From: Octopus vulgaris
Lineage: Eukaryota
Length of the DNA: 64,000 bases
Assembly: GCA_951406725.2 (NCBI GenBank)
Contig: OX597816.1
Span: 131,688,001 to 131,752,000, forward strand
Direction: 5' to 3'
Shown here one piece after another: positions 23,158 to 37,026 of the stretch; position 1 is the stretch's first letter, and every line of letters starts with the position of its first letter. The notes below the pieces were generated by a model. That model ran no database searches. It saw only the letters and a program-made list of their open reading frames with translations, and had not been told where the DNA came from. The translations under genes and the position numbers were made by a program.

Positions 23158-24012
23158 GTATGTATATATATAGTATGTTGGGCAGAGTTTTCTATGATCA
23201 GAAGCCCTTTCTGTTACAAATCCCCACATGTTTCCATGACAAAAATAGAGTCAATCCACACTAAACAATTGAGAAAAGAGTAATGTTGACTTAGTTTTCT
23301 CTGTTGCTCTCTGTCTGTGTGTGTCTGTATGTACAAGATGATATTGACTATAATGACCCATCTAACCCATGCCAGCATGAATAAAAGGAATGAGAAATGC
23401 TAGTGATGGTAGTAGTGGCAGTTAGGAGGAGGAGGAAGCAGAACAGAGGAGGGGTAGAAGAGGGAGACAGAAGGAGGAATAATGTGGATGAGGAGTAGGA
23501 GGAGAAGGATTGTGTGTGTAAACTAACTTAACAGAAATATATATGGACGCATATACAGTGAACCCTACTGAAAACATACCCCATTAAGCTGGATATTGGA
23601 TAAACTAGATGAAATATGAGTTAGGAGTGACTGTCAATGTTTATTTCTGCTTACATATGTGAATTGCAGTCTTGTAGAGACATATGTATTCTAGATGTGC
23701 TATTTGAGCATGGCACACCCACCAAAGATGGTTAATTCATCAGAAATATTCAGGTCACATACTAATATAATCACAGATCATAACGAGAGACTAATTTCTT
23801 CCCCACTGTTATGAAATAGTGCAGCAGTTATTCTGATGTTGTGCTGCACGTCCCACAGGCAATTGTATCAAGATATGTAAGGGGAAAATAGCAGAACAAT
23901 GGATGAGTGACAAAAGCCAAACACTGAAGGTGAGCAAATATTTCACCAGAGGACACCCTACTTATTTAATTTTATGCCCCCATCACTGATTTGTCTTTCA
24001 TTCTCATCTGTT

Positions 24013-24567
<555 letters not shown>

Positions 24568-24699
24568 TCTCTTTATAATAATCCTATTTTTGCTACATCT
24601 TGATAAACTTGGTTGCAATTTGTTTTCAAATCTAAAAATATATCCAGAAATAAAGATTAAATTAAGTCAAAGTTCCTATGCTTATTCATCTTTTATGTT

Positions 24700-25088
24700 T
24701 TGTCTTTTACTTATTTCAGTCATTAGACTGCAGCCATGCTGGGGCACTGCCTTGAAGAATTTTTAGTGGAATGAACCAACCCAGCACTTAATTTTGTTAA
24801 GCCTGATATGTATTCTATTGGTTTCTTTAGGTGAGCTACTAAGCTATGGAAACATAAACACACCAACACTGGTTGTCAAGTGGTGGTGGAAGAACAGACA
24901 CAGACACAAAGACACACACACACACACACACCTGACAGGCTTCTTTTAGTTTCCGTCTACCAAATCCATTCACAAGGCTACAGTAGAGGACACTTGCCCA
25001 GCCTGAGGCTACAATAGGAAACACTTGCCCAAGGTACCACACAGTAGGACAGAACCAAGAACCCCGAGGTTGGAAAGCAAACTTGCCA
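24700..25088 (-). mobile_element. SINE family A with tail type 1
   Basis: Tail cagcatggctgcagtctaatgactgaaataagtaaaaga; head with duplicated acacttgccc. Confidence 0.85.
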
Positions 25089-25199
25089 AGCTGTAGATCC
25101 AGAATGATATCACAATGCATGGTATAACAATCACCACCAAATTCAAACATGCACCGCATCACAAAATAAGTGTGTCGCTCCATAATTTTTGTAGATATG

Positions 25200-25665
25200 T
25201 CAGTGGTTTTGCATCATTCAGGCTTGTGTCTTATACACCCATGGGTGCAAGGAGAGAATAATCTAAAGAAGTATGCAGCCCTTATCCACCATCTTTCCAA
25301 AAACAGCCTTGGGTACCTTTTTGAATTCCATATATCTAACACTTGTCGACATACTTCTAAAATAAAAAAAATAAAAAAAAACACAACCCCCATGACTTTT
25401 GGAAAGATTTTTTCACACTCAGAATTGCTAAAGCTGTCAAGATACTACATCCATCAAAACTTTCATGCTTCCTGAAATTTGCCAACAGTACACCTGATGC
25501 TTCCACCCTTGTTTTTTTTTTTTTAACAACTTATTCACTGATCACTTCCTGTGCATATTCTATGAACTGTTCATGCAATTTTGGTTACTTTTTCTGATGA
25601 GTTTTAATGCACCTGAGCACCATATTATTATATTATTATATGTGAATCAGAAGCTAAACGGAAGT
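25200..25665 (+). mobile_element. possible decayed PLE 3' fragment
   Basis: HSELLKLSRYYIHQNF weakly resembles the PLE C-terminal motif; followed by ctgatgag. Confidence 0.3.
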
Positions 25666-25679
25666 GATAAGAAAATTAT

Positions 25680-26070
25680 ATTCTTTTATTCTTTTACTTG
25701 TTTCAGTCATTTGACTATGACTATGCTTGAAGGGATTTAGTCAAACAGATTGATCCCAGTACTATTTTTTCTAAGCTTCGCACTTATTCTATTGGTCTCT
25801 TTTGCCAAACTGCTAAGTTACAGGGATGTAAACACACCAACATCATTTGTCAAGTGGTGATCGGGGGGCAAACACATACACAACGACACACACACAGATA
25901 TATACATATATATATGATGAGCTTCTTTCAGTTTCTGTCAGCCAAATCCACTCACAAGGCTTTGGTCAGCCTGAAGCTATAGTATGGAACACTTGCCCAG
26001 GGTACCATGCAGTGGGACTGAACTGGGAACCATGTAGTAGGGAAGCAAATTTCTTTCCACACAACCACAG
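25680..26070 (-). mobile_element. SINE family A with tail type 1
   Basis: Collinear with 59755-60137. Confidence 0.85.
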
Positions 26071-26079
26071 CTGTTGATT

Positions 26080-26420
26080 CAATGGCAAAAGTTTGTGAAA
26101 AGTAGAATGAAGTTTCAAAGCAAACAGCTTGAGACATGTACAAAAGGAAAGACAAACTCACTGCATTTTCTTTGAAACATAATGTTAATGAAAGGAAATG
26201 AACAAAAGTTTGAGAAGATACAAATCTTGAGGAGGCACTGATGAAGTGGTTTATTTGTCAATGATACTGTGTTATCAACATACAGTGTAGAAATTCAAAG
26301 CATTGCTGCCAACCTAGCTAGGCTTGTGGGCATCAACAATTTTGGAGTTAATTGACAAGTGGTAATGATGATTTAGAAATGACCAAGGAATTACCAGTAG
26401 TTAAAGTGGGAGTACATTAT
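26080..26420 (+). pseudogene. possible pogo/Tigger transposase HTH remnant
   Basis: NLEEALMKWFI followed by a KA..LA..G...F-like stretch; heavily decayed. Confidence 0.35.
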
Positions 26421-26974
26421 TCAGGAAGGAGTTAAATGACTTAAGTGTGAAGGGTATCTAATCACACTTGGCATGTCTAAAGAGCCCTCACAACCCTGCT
26501 CAGTTTGCCAAGCACTTTACAAAGTGTAAATTTTATCTTGATACCAGCACTTTTGAGATTAGCTTAAAACTCACAAAACCAAAAGGCTTTCATGACTGAG
26601 AGTCAGAATAGGAAAGAGTATGGTAGCTTTAGGTGAGATATTGAGAGGAGTTAAAAATACGAGAGAAGGAACAAGTTGATTGTTGTAAGAGGGTGTTAGT
26701 GGAGAAAGTAATAGATAAGACAGTATTGAGGAGAGGAATAACAAGGGGAAGAAAAAGAAGTGTCAGGAGTTAATGAGAGAGGGAGAAATAGAGAGTAATA
26801 AAGATGGTGTGGTGTGGGTAAAGTAGGTAATTCAGTGCTATCTAAAATTATCAGATGATAAAAGACTGCAAAAAATATCAAGACACTGTTCTGAAACATT
26901 CCTATCTAACATATGACAGCAAGGGTTCGATGGGAATGTTTATGAGAAAAACGTCTGTAAAATAATGTGTCACT

Positions 26975-27400
26975 AAGTTGATCTTTAGGCTGCCTATTCC
27001 ACCAGACTACTACATAGGAAACTTTTCCTCTAATTCTTTGATTTGGTTATGAGAACTTGATTGTTGGCATACAAGAGTTCCAGTAGATAGCAATTCTTGA
27101 ACTCAATTTTGTGGCTTTGAGAATTTTTGATAAACAGAAGAGGGCTGAGAACTGAGCCATAATAACCACCTATTGCATACTAAAATTCCGCACTGAAATC
27201 ATTACTCACTCCTGCTTTGTTGACAGTAAGCCTGTATATGTATGACTTGTATGGCTTTCACAAACCACACATTTGCATCTAATCTTTTTATTAACTAACA
27301 GTCTACAAAGTGTGGTACTCTTTGGTCAATGAATGATGAATATAATTGCTTGCTCTTTGCTTAGAAGGTATAGCTGATGTTAAGATGATATGAGCTCCAA
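26975..27400 (-). pseudogene. RTE-clade reverse transcriptase core fragment
   Basis: GGYYGSVLSPLLFI...EFKNCYLLELLYANN (decayed QGSVLSPLLF...WELLYADD). Confidence 0.75.
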
Positions 27401-27569
27401 TTTATGTTAAAGTTACAGCTGCTAAAATCTATACACACATGTACACAAATAAAGAAAGAGAGAAGAAACACATATATACATATAAATATATATATAAGTA
27501 ACTAAATATATATATATAACTAAATAAACACACACACACATATATATATAAAGAAATATAGATTGACAG

Positions 27570-27604
<35 letters not shown>

Positions 27605-28477
27605 CATACATATATGCAGTTAGACCTAGATTAACTGAATGAAATGGGTGGGAAGTATTTTGTCCAGATGACTGATTGTAAACAAAGAAATCTACACAGA
27701 ACATAATTACATAAAAAGAGCATGTTTACAGTATTTCTATGTCATCCAATTTATATAATTTTGTACTCTTGATGCCTTTCACCACGATTTATTGCTCTAA
27801 TAGTGAGGGTAAATAAGAGTTTTAAGAATTAAAACTGACTGTGACAAATGTACATTTGTTTCACTCTTAACCAGAGCTTCTCTTAGCATAAAACAATGAA
27901 CTAAAAGTTATGCTTATATAATTATATTTTGAAAGAGAGAAAGAAAGAAAATAAGGGTAGCATTAGTAATTGGGTAGCAGTATAAGGTGTGCAGGGGTGT
28001 TATACAATCACGTTGTCTTAATCTGCATAATCTAAAGAAACAAAAGTAGTTTAGTGGAAGATATGGGGTAGTATGATTGTACAAGAGTTTTATTATAAAA
28101 AGGCAATAGGCTGTACAATTGCAAAATTTTTTTTAAAAAACGACAAAAAACTCGATGGTTAAATTGTGGGAGATCTGAGTTGCTGAAGTTATAAGAAAGA
28201 ATAGAAAGGTTTGTTGATAAATTTAGGAGATTTTATGAGCCATTTTAATTATCCAAGAGATATGTAATCCATTTTGCATGTACACTGTTTGTGGCTTGGC
28301 AAGCAGACAATGTATAAAATGAACCAGCATAAACAGAACTTATATTTTCATTATATACATTTATTTCCTTTATATTTTTATAAGGTGTTGTGGTTATTTG
28401 ATTATATGAAGAAAGGGAAGATGAGAAGTTTGTTAGCAGGAGGGTTGTTGAAGGTGTATATAAAAGGATTACATATA

Positions 28478-28543
<66 letters not shown>
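28478..28543. repeat. (TAT)n microsatellite
   Basis: Directly visible. Confidence 0.95.
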
Positions 28544-29494
28544 CATTTTCTGATATTGTATGACTTTAACAGAAATCTGAGAAACTCATTTGTTTATTAA
28601 GTGAAGAGGAGGAGAAGGGTACTTAACCAACTGCTAATTTATTAATATTCATTAGAGAAGTGAGTGAGTTCCTAGTGGTAAAACTTTAAGTAAACAATAT
28701 CGTGGTTTATGTGCAGAAATGAATGTGCTGAGTTCAAGGGAGTTGTAAGGAATACCGGTCAGGTTTGTTTATGTAATTGAGGTGTTATCTGATACAAGCA
28801 GTGAATAGGTGATTCATTGTGTTTTATGAGTAACTTAAATAGTGAACATTAAAGTATATTAGTAATTTGTAAGCATCCCTTACACTTATTTGTTGTTCTT
28901 TTAAACATTATTCTGTTGGGACTGAATATTTCTGTGTTAATTCTGTTGCATTAGTTGATGGATGTAAGATTAATGTTTCTCTGTGTATATATTTTCTCCA
29001 CAAGTATTTAGACTTAATATTTTAAGCCTTTTGAGAGAGAATGATTTTATACTCACATGCACACACATAAACATATATATATATTATGATTTTGTTTAGA
29101 TATGGAAGATTCTAATAACCAGTAGTTAGAACTCGATATACATATGCTTTAGAGTAAAGTGTTAAGTAAGTGCAGAGTATAATATTAATTAATAATAATA
29201 AGAGAATATGACTCATGTTATCAACTTCATTAGCTTACAACTGTTTCTATTATAAGAAGCAGTACTCTCAGAACTGAGTTCTTGCACAGCATTCTATAAA
29301 ATGGAAATGTATGTTTATATCAGAAAGCATTTAAATACATGTTCCTTTGTCACATGCGCGCGTGTGTTTGAATATGCATGGCCATTGACACAGGCTATGT
29401 GGTTAAGAAGTTCACACTTCCCACCCATGTAGTTTTGGGTTCACTCTCTCTTTGTGATATTTTGAGCAAGTGTCTTCAACTTGTCCAGTTATCT

Positions 29495-30250
29495 TTGAAA
29501 AAGTTCAAGAGTGTACCTACTTCTTCACAACCATTTTCACTTTATCTGTGTCAGGAAATAATTGTCCCTGAAGACGGTTCTTCATTGGGCCAAAAAGGTG
29601 TGAGTCCAAGGCCACCAAATCCTGGCTGCACAGTGAATGGTGGACTACTGACCAGCTCATTTTTCTAATTCTCTAATTTGTAGCCAAAGATGTGCACAGT
29701 CATGGTGAATAAAGTCATTTTCAGACTCTAGTTTGGTCTCTTCCTCCTAATCACTTCTCTAAGCTTTTTGAGTGTCTCAATGTCTCTCTTGCTGTTCACA
29801 GGACAGCTATATTTCAGAACATTGAGGAGAATTATGCCCTTCTCATCCAAAAGACAGTCACCATTATGAAGCCTTCAAGAATAGATGTAACACCATTCAG
29901 TGAATTGAACTTTCATTTCTAGGTCTTAAAGATACATCCACATTTCATCCCTTGTTGCCAGATTCGAGAAAAATGTGCCTCCATTGGTTTCAAATTCTTC
30001 CAGTAAATCAGAGTAAATTTCCACCATTCTGTCTTTTAAGTTGGATGCCAATAATTGAGGTATCCACTTTGCACCCACTTGTCAATATCAAATGTTTCCC
30101 ACCATTTTCTGTAATGGAATGTGGTCACTGTCTTATGCATAACATATAGGAATATATTTTTTCTTGAATTTCTGAGTTGGGAAATTATCATTATTATTAC
30201 ATTGAGACATCTGAATTATTGTCTTCATCATGGTTCTTGTTAGTCACAAT
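29495..30250 (-). pseudogene. decayed mariner transposase
   Basis: KWIPQLL, TRDEMW (TGDETW-like), HSLCSQDLVALDSHLFGPMKNRLQG (YSPDLAPSD-like); SINE-A head remnant at 29385-29490. Confidence 0.85.
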
Positions 30251-30429
30251 GGTTTGGATGCTATACCCTCTGGCTTTATTCAGAAACCAATCATATTCAA
30301 TAACATGCTTGAATTTCAAACTAACCTGTTTAATCTATGCTCTCATTCCCTTGTCCATACTAGAATTATTCTCTTTCTCATGATACTATGGTTTTTTTTC
30401 TGCCTGAACCCAAGTATATATATATATAG

Positions 30430-30844
30430 GTTAGTACGGTTAAAGGTTGGAATAACCTATGTTAATCCTGGACATACATATGCAAGCATATTATGCTCAT
30501 AGATTACAAGTAATGACGAAAATGAACAAATTTATCAAGAATCAAATTTAAAGTAAATAGAAAATGGAGAACTATTGATCAACAACAATTGACTTACATA
30601 ATTATTAATTTTTAATTCAATACAAATAGACTGTATCCCATCTAACAGCTGTTTCTGCTTCCAATGTTATATGGTATTGCCATTGATATTCTAAAAATAA
30701 TATTCATCATATTTGGTAATAAATCCAATCTGGATCATGGTGTTTCATCAGAGTGAAGAAAAATACATAAATAAAAGAAAAGAAAAGAAGAGTTTCGAGG
30801 GGAAAAGAAAAGGCTTAATATGTTTAAATCATATATAATTAATA
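30430..30844 (-). mobile_element. PLE-like pLTR remnant with expanded hammerhead-like motif
   Basis: Minus strand ctgatga...~90 nt...gaaacagctgtta (palindromic stem III). Confidence 0.45.
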
Positions 30845-31431
30845 TTTGTTGACATAAACCCTCTCTTTCAGGTATCCCACAAGAAAAAAATCCAGGGTAA
30901 TCAAGCCTGGCGAATGGGAAGGCCGTTCAAAGTAAACCTCACACATGGTTCCAGCAAGATGGGGCAATTGCTCATACTGCAAGAGAGACAAATGCAGTTG
31001 CTACGGCAGTGCTTTAGAGAGAGAATAATCTCCTGCTACAACAATGTCAATTGACCTTCATGTTCCCAGATTTCACTAGCCCAGATTTAAACTTGTGGGG
31101 TTACCTGAAAGAGAGGGTTTACATCAACAAATCAGAGCCCCTGGTGCAACTGAAGAAGAACATCAATAGAGAAAACAGAGAAGTGGAGTCTGAAACACTT
31201 GAGGGTGTTACGGTGCAAGTTTTGGTAAGAGCACAGGTATGCGAAGCTGAAAATGGCTGCTATTTTAGCGATGTCCTTTTTCATATGTGATGTAGAGGTG
31301 TTGCAAAATTTGACTTGTGAATATTAATTTCCATTATGCCCTTTATATTGTATCAAAATTTCATGCATTTATTTGTAAAGTTAAGTAGTTATTAAAAATT
31401 AAAACCCAACAGTGACTTTTGGGACACCCTG
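30845..31431 (+). mobile_element. Tc1/Tc3-like transposon 3' part with a short inverted copy
   Basis: WFQQDGAIAHTAR, SPDLNLWGYLKERVY; TIR ...ttttgggacaccctg|TA; 30845-30932 is an inverted, frame-shifted copy of the same ..YLKERVYVNK segment. Confidence 0.85.
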
Positions 31432-31561
31432 TATATTTAAATATATATGCATATATCCATACATATACGCAGATGTATATGCACGTATACATATATATGT
31501 GTATATATACATGTATATATATGTATATATGTATATATATATGTATATATATATGTATATA

Positions 31562-31611
<50 letters not shown>

Positions 31612-32344
31612 TATGTGATGCACACACAGAATATTTATATTTATGTTACATTTATACACACACAACACTCATAATTTATATGTATTCATGTGCTTGTATG
31701 TGCATGTTTTTGCATTAAGTATTGTACATACCAATTATATTAAACTTCTATATTTTGTGTGTGTATGAATGCATATATATATGTATATAGAGAGACTGAT
31801 AGATAGACACATGCATGATATATATGCATGCGTATGTAATGTGTTTGTGTGTGTGTGTGTGTGTGTTAAAAGATACTGTGTGTGTACATTTACTTTACTG
31901 GTAGTTTCTTTGTGACATCTACCACCTGCATATAAATCTATCTAATAGAAGGCTTTAACAAGTTTCTGCACATGAGCAGCTGTCACTGAGGTCAAACAGC
32001 ACAGGTGTCTTTTTGCCTTTGATACAGGGAATTTTTGCAATCATTTAAATTGAACAAAACTTTCATTGTTCTTATTATGTGCAACCACTTGATCCCCATG
32101 ACAAAACCACCGTTTTGATATAGTTTAAATATATTTAAAAAATCATATTAATTTATTTCAAAGACATGAAAGATAAAGTTTTCTGAGTCAGGCAAATAGA
32201 TCTTTCAACAATCAACACCACTCCTTTTGTCATGTCTTAATCATAGCTTTCAAATAATAACATGAACAGTATTGGTATCATGTTTCAGCAATTTACTTCT
32301 CTAACATGTGGTCTCAGCTCAGCTCCTGAACTGCACACGTGTAC

Positions 32345-32586
32345 TTTAACTTGGCCTTCAGTTAGCCAAGGCATAAAAAGGTACTCGTATTGCTGACTTG
32401 TAAAAGGCACCTGTGCCAGTGACATGTAAAAGACACCCAGTACATTCTGTGGAGGGGTTGGCATTAGGAAGGGCATCCAGCTGTAGAAACCAAGCCAAAA
32501 CAGACTGGAGCCTGGTGAAGCACTCTGGTTTAACAGCTCCAGTCAAACTGGCTAAACCATGGAAAACAGATTGTTAATGATGATGC
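32345..32586 (+). mobile_element. (GAT)n-tailed RTE 3'-end repeat
   Basis: Shared core ggttggcattaggaagggcatccagctgtagaaacc. Confidence 0.8.
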
Positions 32587-32649
32587 TTTGATAGGTGGAA
32601 AATGGAGAGAAACTGTTCAGATGGACCATATCAGTTCATGGACAGTAGA

Positions 32650-32708
<59 letters not shown>

Positions 32709-32984
32709 CTTTGGATGTTTTTAATGGAATCATCTTTTTTACAATAATTCAAAGACAAGTTGCTGGACTGAAAAAAAATCATGAATCTTAGTTTCTTTCT
32801 CTCTTTCCGACATCAAACTGGCTGGCTGTGCAAAAAAGGAAGGTTGTGTCCACTACCGCTTAATAAAAAAAGTCCCTTTCTTGGTACCATCAAGTCTCCT
32901 TGTCCTACACATATATTTTTTACTTTTTATAAAAATAAGCTATTTTTTTTGTGTTTGGTAAATGTGCAGGTACAATAAGCACTA

Positions 32985-33892
32985 AAAATACACAGACACT
33001 AAGTTTCCTCAAATGATTGGGTGAATCATTAGAAGTAGTAGATAGCTTCTGTTACCTAGGAAACCAAGTTAGCAGTAGTGGAGGGAGTTCTGAAAGTGTA
33101 GTTGCTAGGATAAGAAAGGGCTAGGTGAAGTTCAGAAAGCTTCTACCTTTGTTGGTAAGTAAAAGGCCTCCCCATCAGAGTGAAAGGCAGATTGCATGAT
33201 GCCTGTGTATGTAAAGCTATGTTACATGGCAATGAAACATGTGCCTTGACTACAGAGGACTTGCAAAGGCTAGAAAGAAATTAAGCTAGCATGCTCTGCT
33301 AGATGGGTAATGTCAGTGTGATTACATGACAGTGTAAATGATTTAGGAAGAAAATTGGATATAAGAGGCGTCAGTTGTGTGCAAGAGAGAAGACTGTGCT
33401 GGTTTGGTCATGTGATGCATATGGAGAGAACAGCTGCATAAAGAACTATTGAAATCTAATTGTAGAGGGTATTTGTGGAAAGGATAGACCCAAGAAAATG
33501 TGGGATGAATGGGTGGGAAAGGATCTTCAGAAGCTGGGACTCACTGAGGAAATGACAACGGACTGGGATGTGGCGATTTTCTGTACTTGATAAGATACAT
33601 CAAACTAAGTAGAATCGCTGTCTTCCACACATACAGGCTTGTTATTTCAGGTGTCTGTGCCACTTAACCAGCACCCTTGCTGGCTGGTGCTGTGTCAATG
33701 TACCCATGCCAGTGGCATGTAAAAAGCACTCAGCACCCTCTGTGGTTGGTGTTAGGAAGAGCATCCAACTGTAGTAACCCTGTCACAACAGACAACTGGA
33801 GTCTGGACAGCTTCCTGCTAGCCAGCTTCATGTCAAACCGTCCAACCCATGCCAGCATGGAAAGCAGATGTTAAACGATGATGATGACGATG
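32985..33892 (+). mobile_element. 5'-truncated RTE-clade LINE (ORF C-terminus, 3' UTR, (GAT)n tail)
   Basis: LEVVDSFCYLG...ARIRKG...RVKGRL.DACV..AMLHGNET...RLCWFGHV...RPKKMWDE..KDL with stops and frameshifts; ends catggaaagcagatgttaaac(gat)n. Confidence 0.92.
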
Positions 33893-34157
33893 AGTCTTGA
33901 TGTTGCTTGAATGATAATGAGGAACAAGATGGCTGCCTAAAATCTAATGGTAGATAGAAGCTGAAAGAAACCCAGTGTATATATGCATACACTAAAGAGG
34001 CTAAGTGCTTTTGGTGAGCATGTCTGATTAGTTTTCTGTATTGCTATGTGCAATAGTAGATAGTAATAGATGTGCAATAGTAGATATGAAACTAATGGAG
34101 ACTTTCTGATCATTTATATGTCATAACTAGGAATATACTATTTGACTTTATAAAAAT

Positions 34158-34610
34158 AGGAGCGGCGGTGTGGTAAGTAGCTTGCTTAGATATACATACA
34201 TGTATGTGTGTGTGTGTCCATGTGTGAATAAGAAGCTTGTAAGTAGCTTGCTAACCAACCACATGGTTCTGGGTTCAGTCCTACTGCGTGGCACCTTGGG
34301 CGTTTTCTGCTATAGCCTTGGGGCGACCAAAGCCTTGTGAGTAGATTTGGTAGACGGAAACTGAAAGAAGCCTGTCGTATATATGTATATGTATATATAT
34401 GTGTGTGTGTGTGTGTGTGTTTGTATGTCTTTGTTTGTCCCCCCAACATCGCTTGACAACCGATGCTGGTGTGTTTACGTCCCCGTAACTTAGCGGTTCG
34501 GCAAAAAAGTCCGATAGAATAAGTACTAGGCTTACAAAGAATAAGTCCTGGGGTCGATTCGCTTGACTAAAGGCGGTGCTCCAGCATTGCCGCAGCCAAA
34601 TGACTGAAAC
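34158..34610 (+). mobile_element. full SINE family A, tail type 1 (CpG-rich, young)
   Basis: A/B boxes, core, internal (TA)(TG)n and tail; gtaagtagcttgct duplicated (34173-34186, 34239-34252) around a small insert. Confidence 0.9.
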
Positions 34611-34755
34611 ACACACACACACACATACACATGAGTGCGTGCACACACACACACATGAGTGCGCATGCACACACACATGAGTGTGCACACACACACACAT
34701 GAGTGTGCACACACACATACACACACACACACATACACACACACACACATACACA
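34611..34755. repeat. (CA)n-derived minisatellite (catgagtgtgcacacacaca)x4
   Basis: Directly visible. Confidence 0.85.
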
Positions 34756-35144
34756 ATAAGAAGTAAAAGAGATTAATAAATCCACACAGCTATCTGGAAA
34801 TCACTCAGCGGTCAAGTGAACTGGGTCAGCCAAATCAAACAATAATCAGATACCAATAAATTCAAGTAGAATTAACAATCAAGTTAATTCCTCATATATA
34901 CGTAAATCCAAATACCACTTAAAAGAATTTCAAGAAATCTAGAGTATATAATAGCATAAGCTAGAATGGAGAAAACCACATCTTTAATTGATGATACACT
35001 ATACATTACAGATGACTGTTTCAATTGTGCCAGCGTATTTAGATATAGAGAAATGATAGAAAATACTAATCAAACCAATTTATCCCAAAATTTATGCTAA
35101 CGCAATGTTATCACAGTAACCTAATATAGATTAATTTCAAAATG

Positions 35145-35147
<3 letters not shown>

Positions 35148-35222
<75 letters not shown>

Positions 35223-35228
35223 TGTATG

Positions 35229-35298
<70 letters not shown>

Positions 35299-35507
35299 TA
35301 AATATACATAGGTATGAATGTATGAATGTTTGTTATTATTCAGTTTTATTTCAAGATTTCTAGCCAATAGAGAAAGAGGCACTCTCTAACCTAGATCCAA
35401 GGCTTCTTCATTAGAATTTCAACATTTTTGTATGTATGTATGTTTGTTTGTATGTATGTATGTATGTATGTATGTATGTATGTATGTATGTATGTATGTA
35501 TGTATGC

Positions 35508-35540
<33 letters not shown>

Positions 35541-35700
35541 TGTATGTATGTATGTATGTATGTATGTATGTATATATGTATGTATGTATGTATGCAAGCA
35601 TGTATGTATGTATGTATGTATGCAAGCATGTATGTATGTATGTATGTTTGTATGCATGCATGTTATGTATGCATATACATGTATGTGTGTGTGAGTGTGT
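35148..35700. repeat. (TA)n/(TATG)n microsatellite block
   Basis: Directly visible; a short unique spacer lies at 35325-35425. Confidence 0.9.
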
Positions 35701-35925
35701 GTAAACGAGTGTTATTCATTTTTAATATTCTGTGAAGACATGCCTGGCTATGAGGAAATATTAACTTGCTGGGAACAAATAAGGGTTGACAACAAGAAAG
35801 GCACCCAGCTATAGGAATTCTACCTCAAATAAACTCCATCTAACCATGCAAGCATGGAAAAATGAATGTCAAAATAATGATCATCATCATGCCGATGACA
35901 ATGATGACAATACTGATGATGATGC
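35700..35925 (+). mobile_element. SINE A tail type 2 fragment
   Basis: cttgctgggaacaaataagggttgacaacaagaaaggcacccagct...catgcaagcatggaaaa; similar copies at 37080-37290 and 50225-50505. Confidence 0.7.
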
Positions 35926-36049
35926 AGTATTCTATAAACCTTATAAATGACAAATGATTTATACGGTCAGTTTGTTTAAGTAACCAGCCACATCACTTCC
36001 ATTCTTTTCAGTCTGGTGAAATTAAAGATTATGTCAGTAAATCAATATA

Positions 36050-36380
36050 ACAACCCCCTTCAGTAATGTATAACCATAGGATTGCACCTAGAATGTTCCT
36101 CTCCAAAGCACAAGTCTGGGCAAGGTTGTTTTTATGGCAGACCAACAGTCACTCATGCATGTCAGCCTCCCCTCTCCATGCCACTGATGTTATGCAAGGT
36201 AAAGAAAAGGCCAATACAACTTGGTACCAGTGATGTCGCAACTCATTTCTACAGCTGAGTGAATTGGAACAACATGAAATAAAGTGTCTTGTTCAAGAAT
36301 ACAATTTATAGCTCAGTTTGGGACTCAAACTCACTACCTCATGACTGTGAGCCTGATGTTCTAATCACTGAGCCATGCAC
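36050..36380 (-). mobile_element. SINE family C (tail shared with 45938-46200)
   Basis: gatgtcgcaactcatttctacagctgagtgaa..ggaacaacatgaaataaagtgtcttg. Confidence 0.85.
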
Positions 36381-36960
36381 CAAAAGGAATTGTAATTCTA
36401 TTGGCAAAATCCTACAGCACTTGTCAACTCCCCACACTTGTTCCGATTCCTTATGATGAGCTATTGTATTCGCTAGTGTGAATTTTATTATTAAGTTGGC
36501 TAACTGTGACCACCACAACCTGATCAAGCAGATCTATGACCAAAGATATTTCAATTATTTATCATGCCGTCCTTTTTTTTTTCAGACATAGGTGTGGCTC
36601 TGTGGTAAGAAGTTTTGACATTCCAGTGACACCCAATGCATTAAAAAGTAAAATTTCTTGGACTGCATGGCTGGAAAGGAAGCTGGTGGTGCCTTGCTGT
36701 CTGACTGCACTTTGAAAAAGCTCGCAGGACATCAGATACATGGCTGACAAGGGTAAGTATCTGACGTTGGTGTGAAAGTGACTTTAATAACACCATAGGA
36801 TTTGCTTTGACCAATAGCAGTCCAGTTTCCAGTAGCCATCTTGGACTTCCTGCATCTTTCCGTTTAGTTAAATGAGCCTGATGAGCTAGGTTTCTGTAAG
36901 AAGCCTACAAATCTTTAAGTCCCACAGGACCAAATCATGCTGTTTTAAATAATAATAATA

Positions 36961-37026
<66 letters not shown>

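Noticed and set aside
27640-29050. Strand-biased AT-rich stretch as an old LINE (also 8300-9600)
   Set aside because: No diagnostic protein motif could be read.
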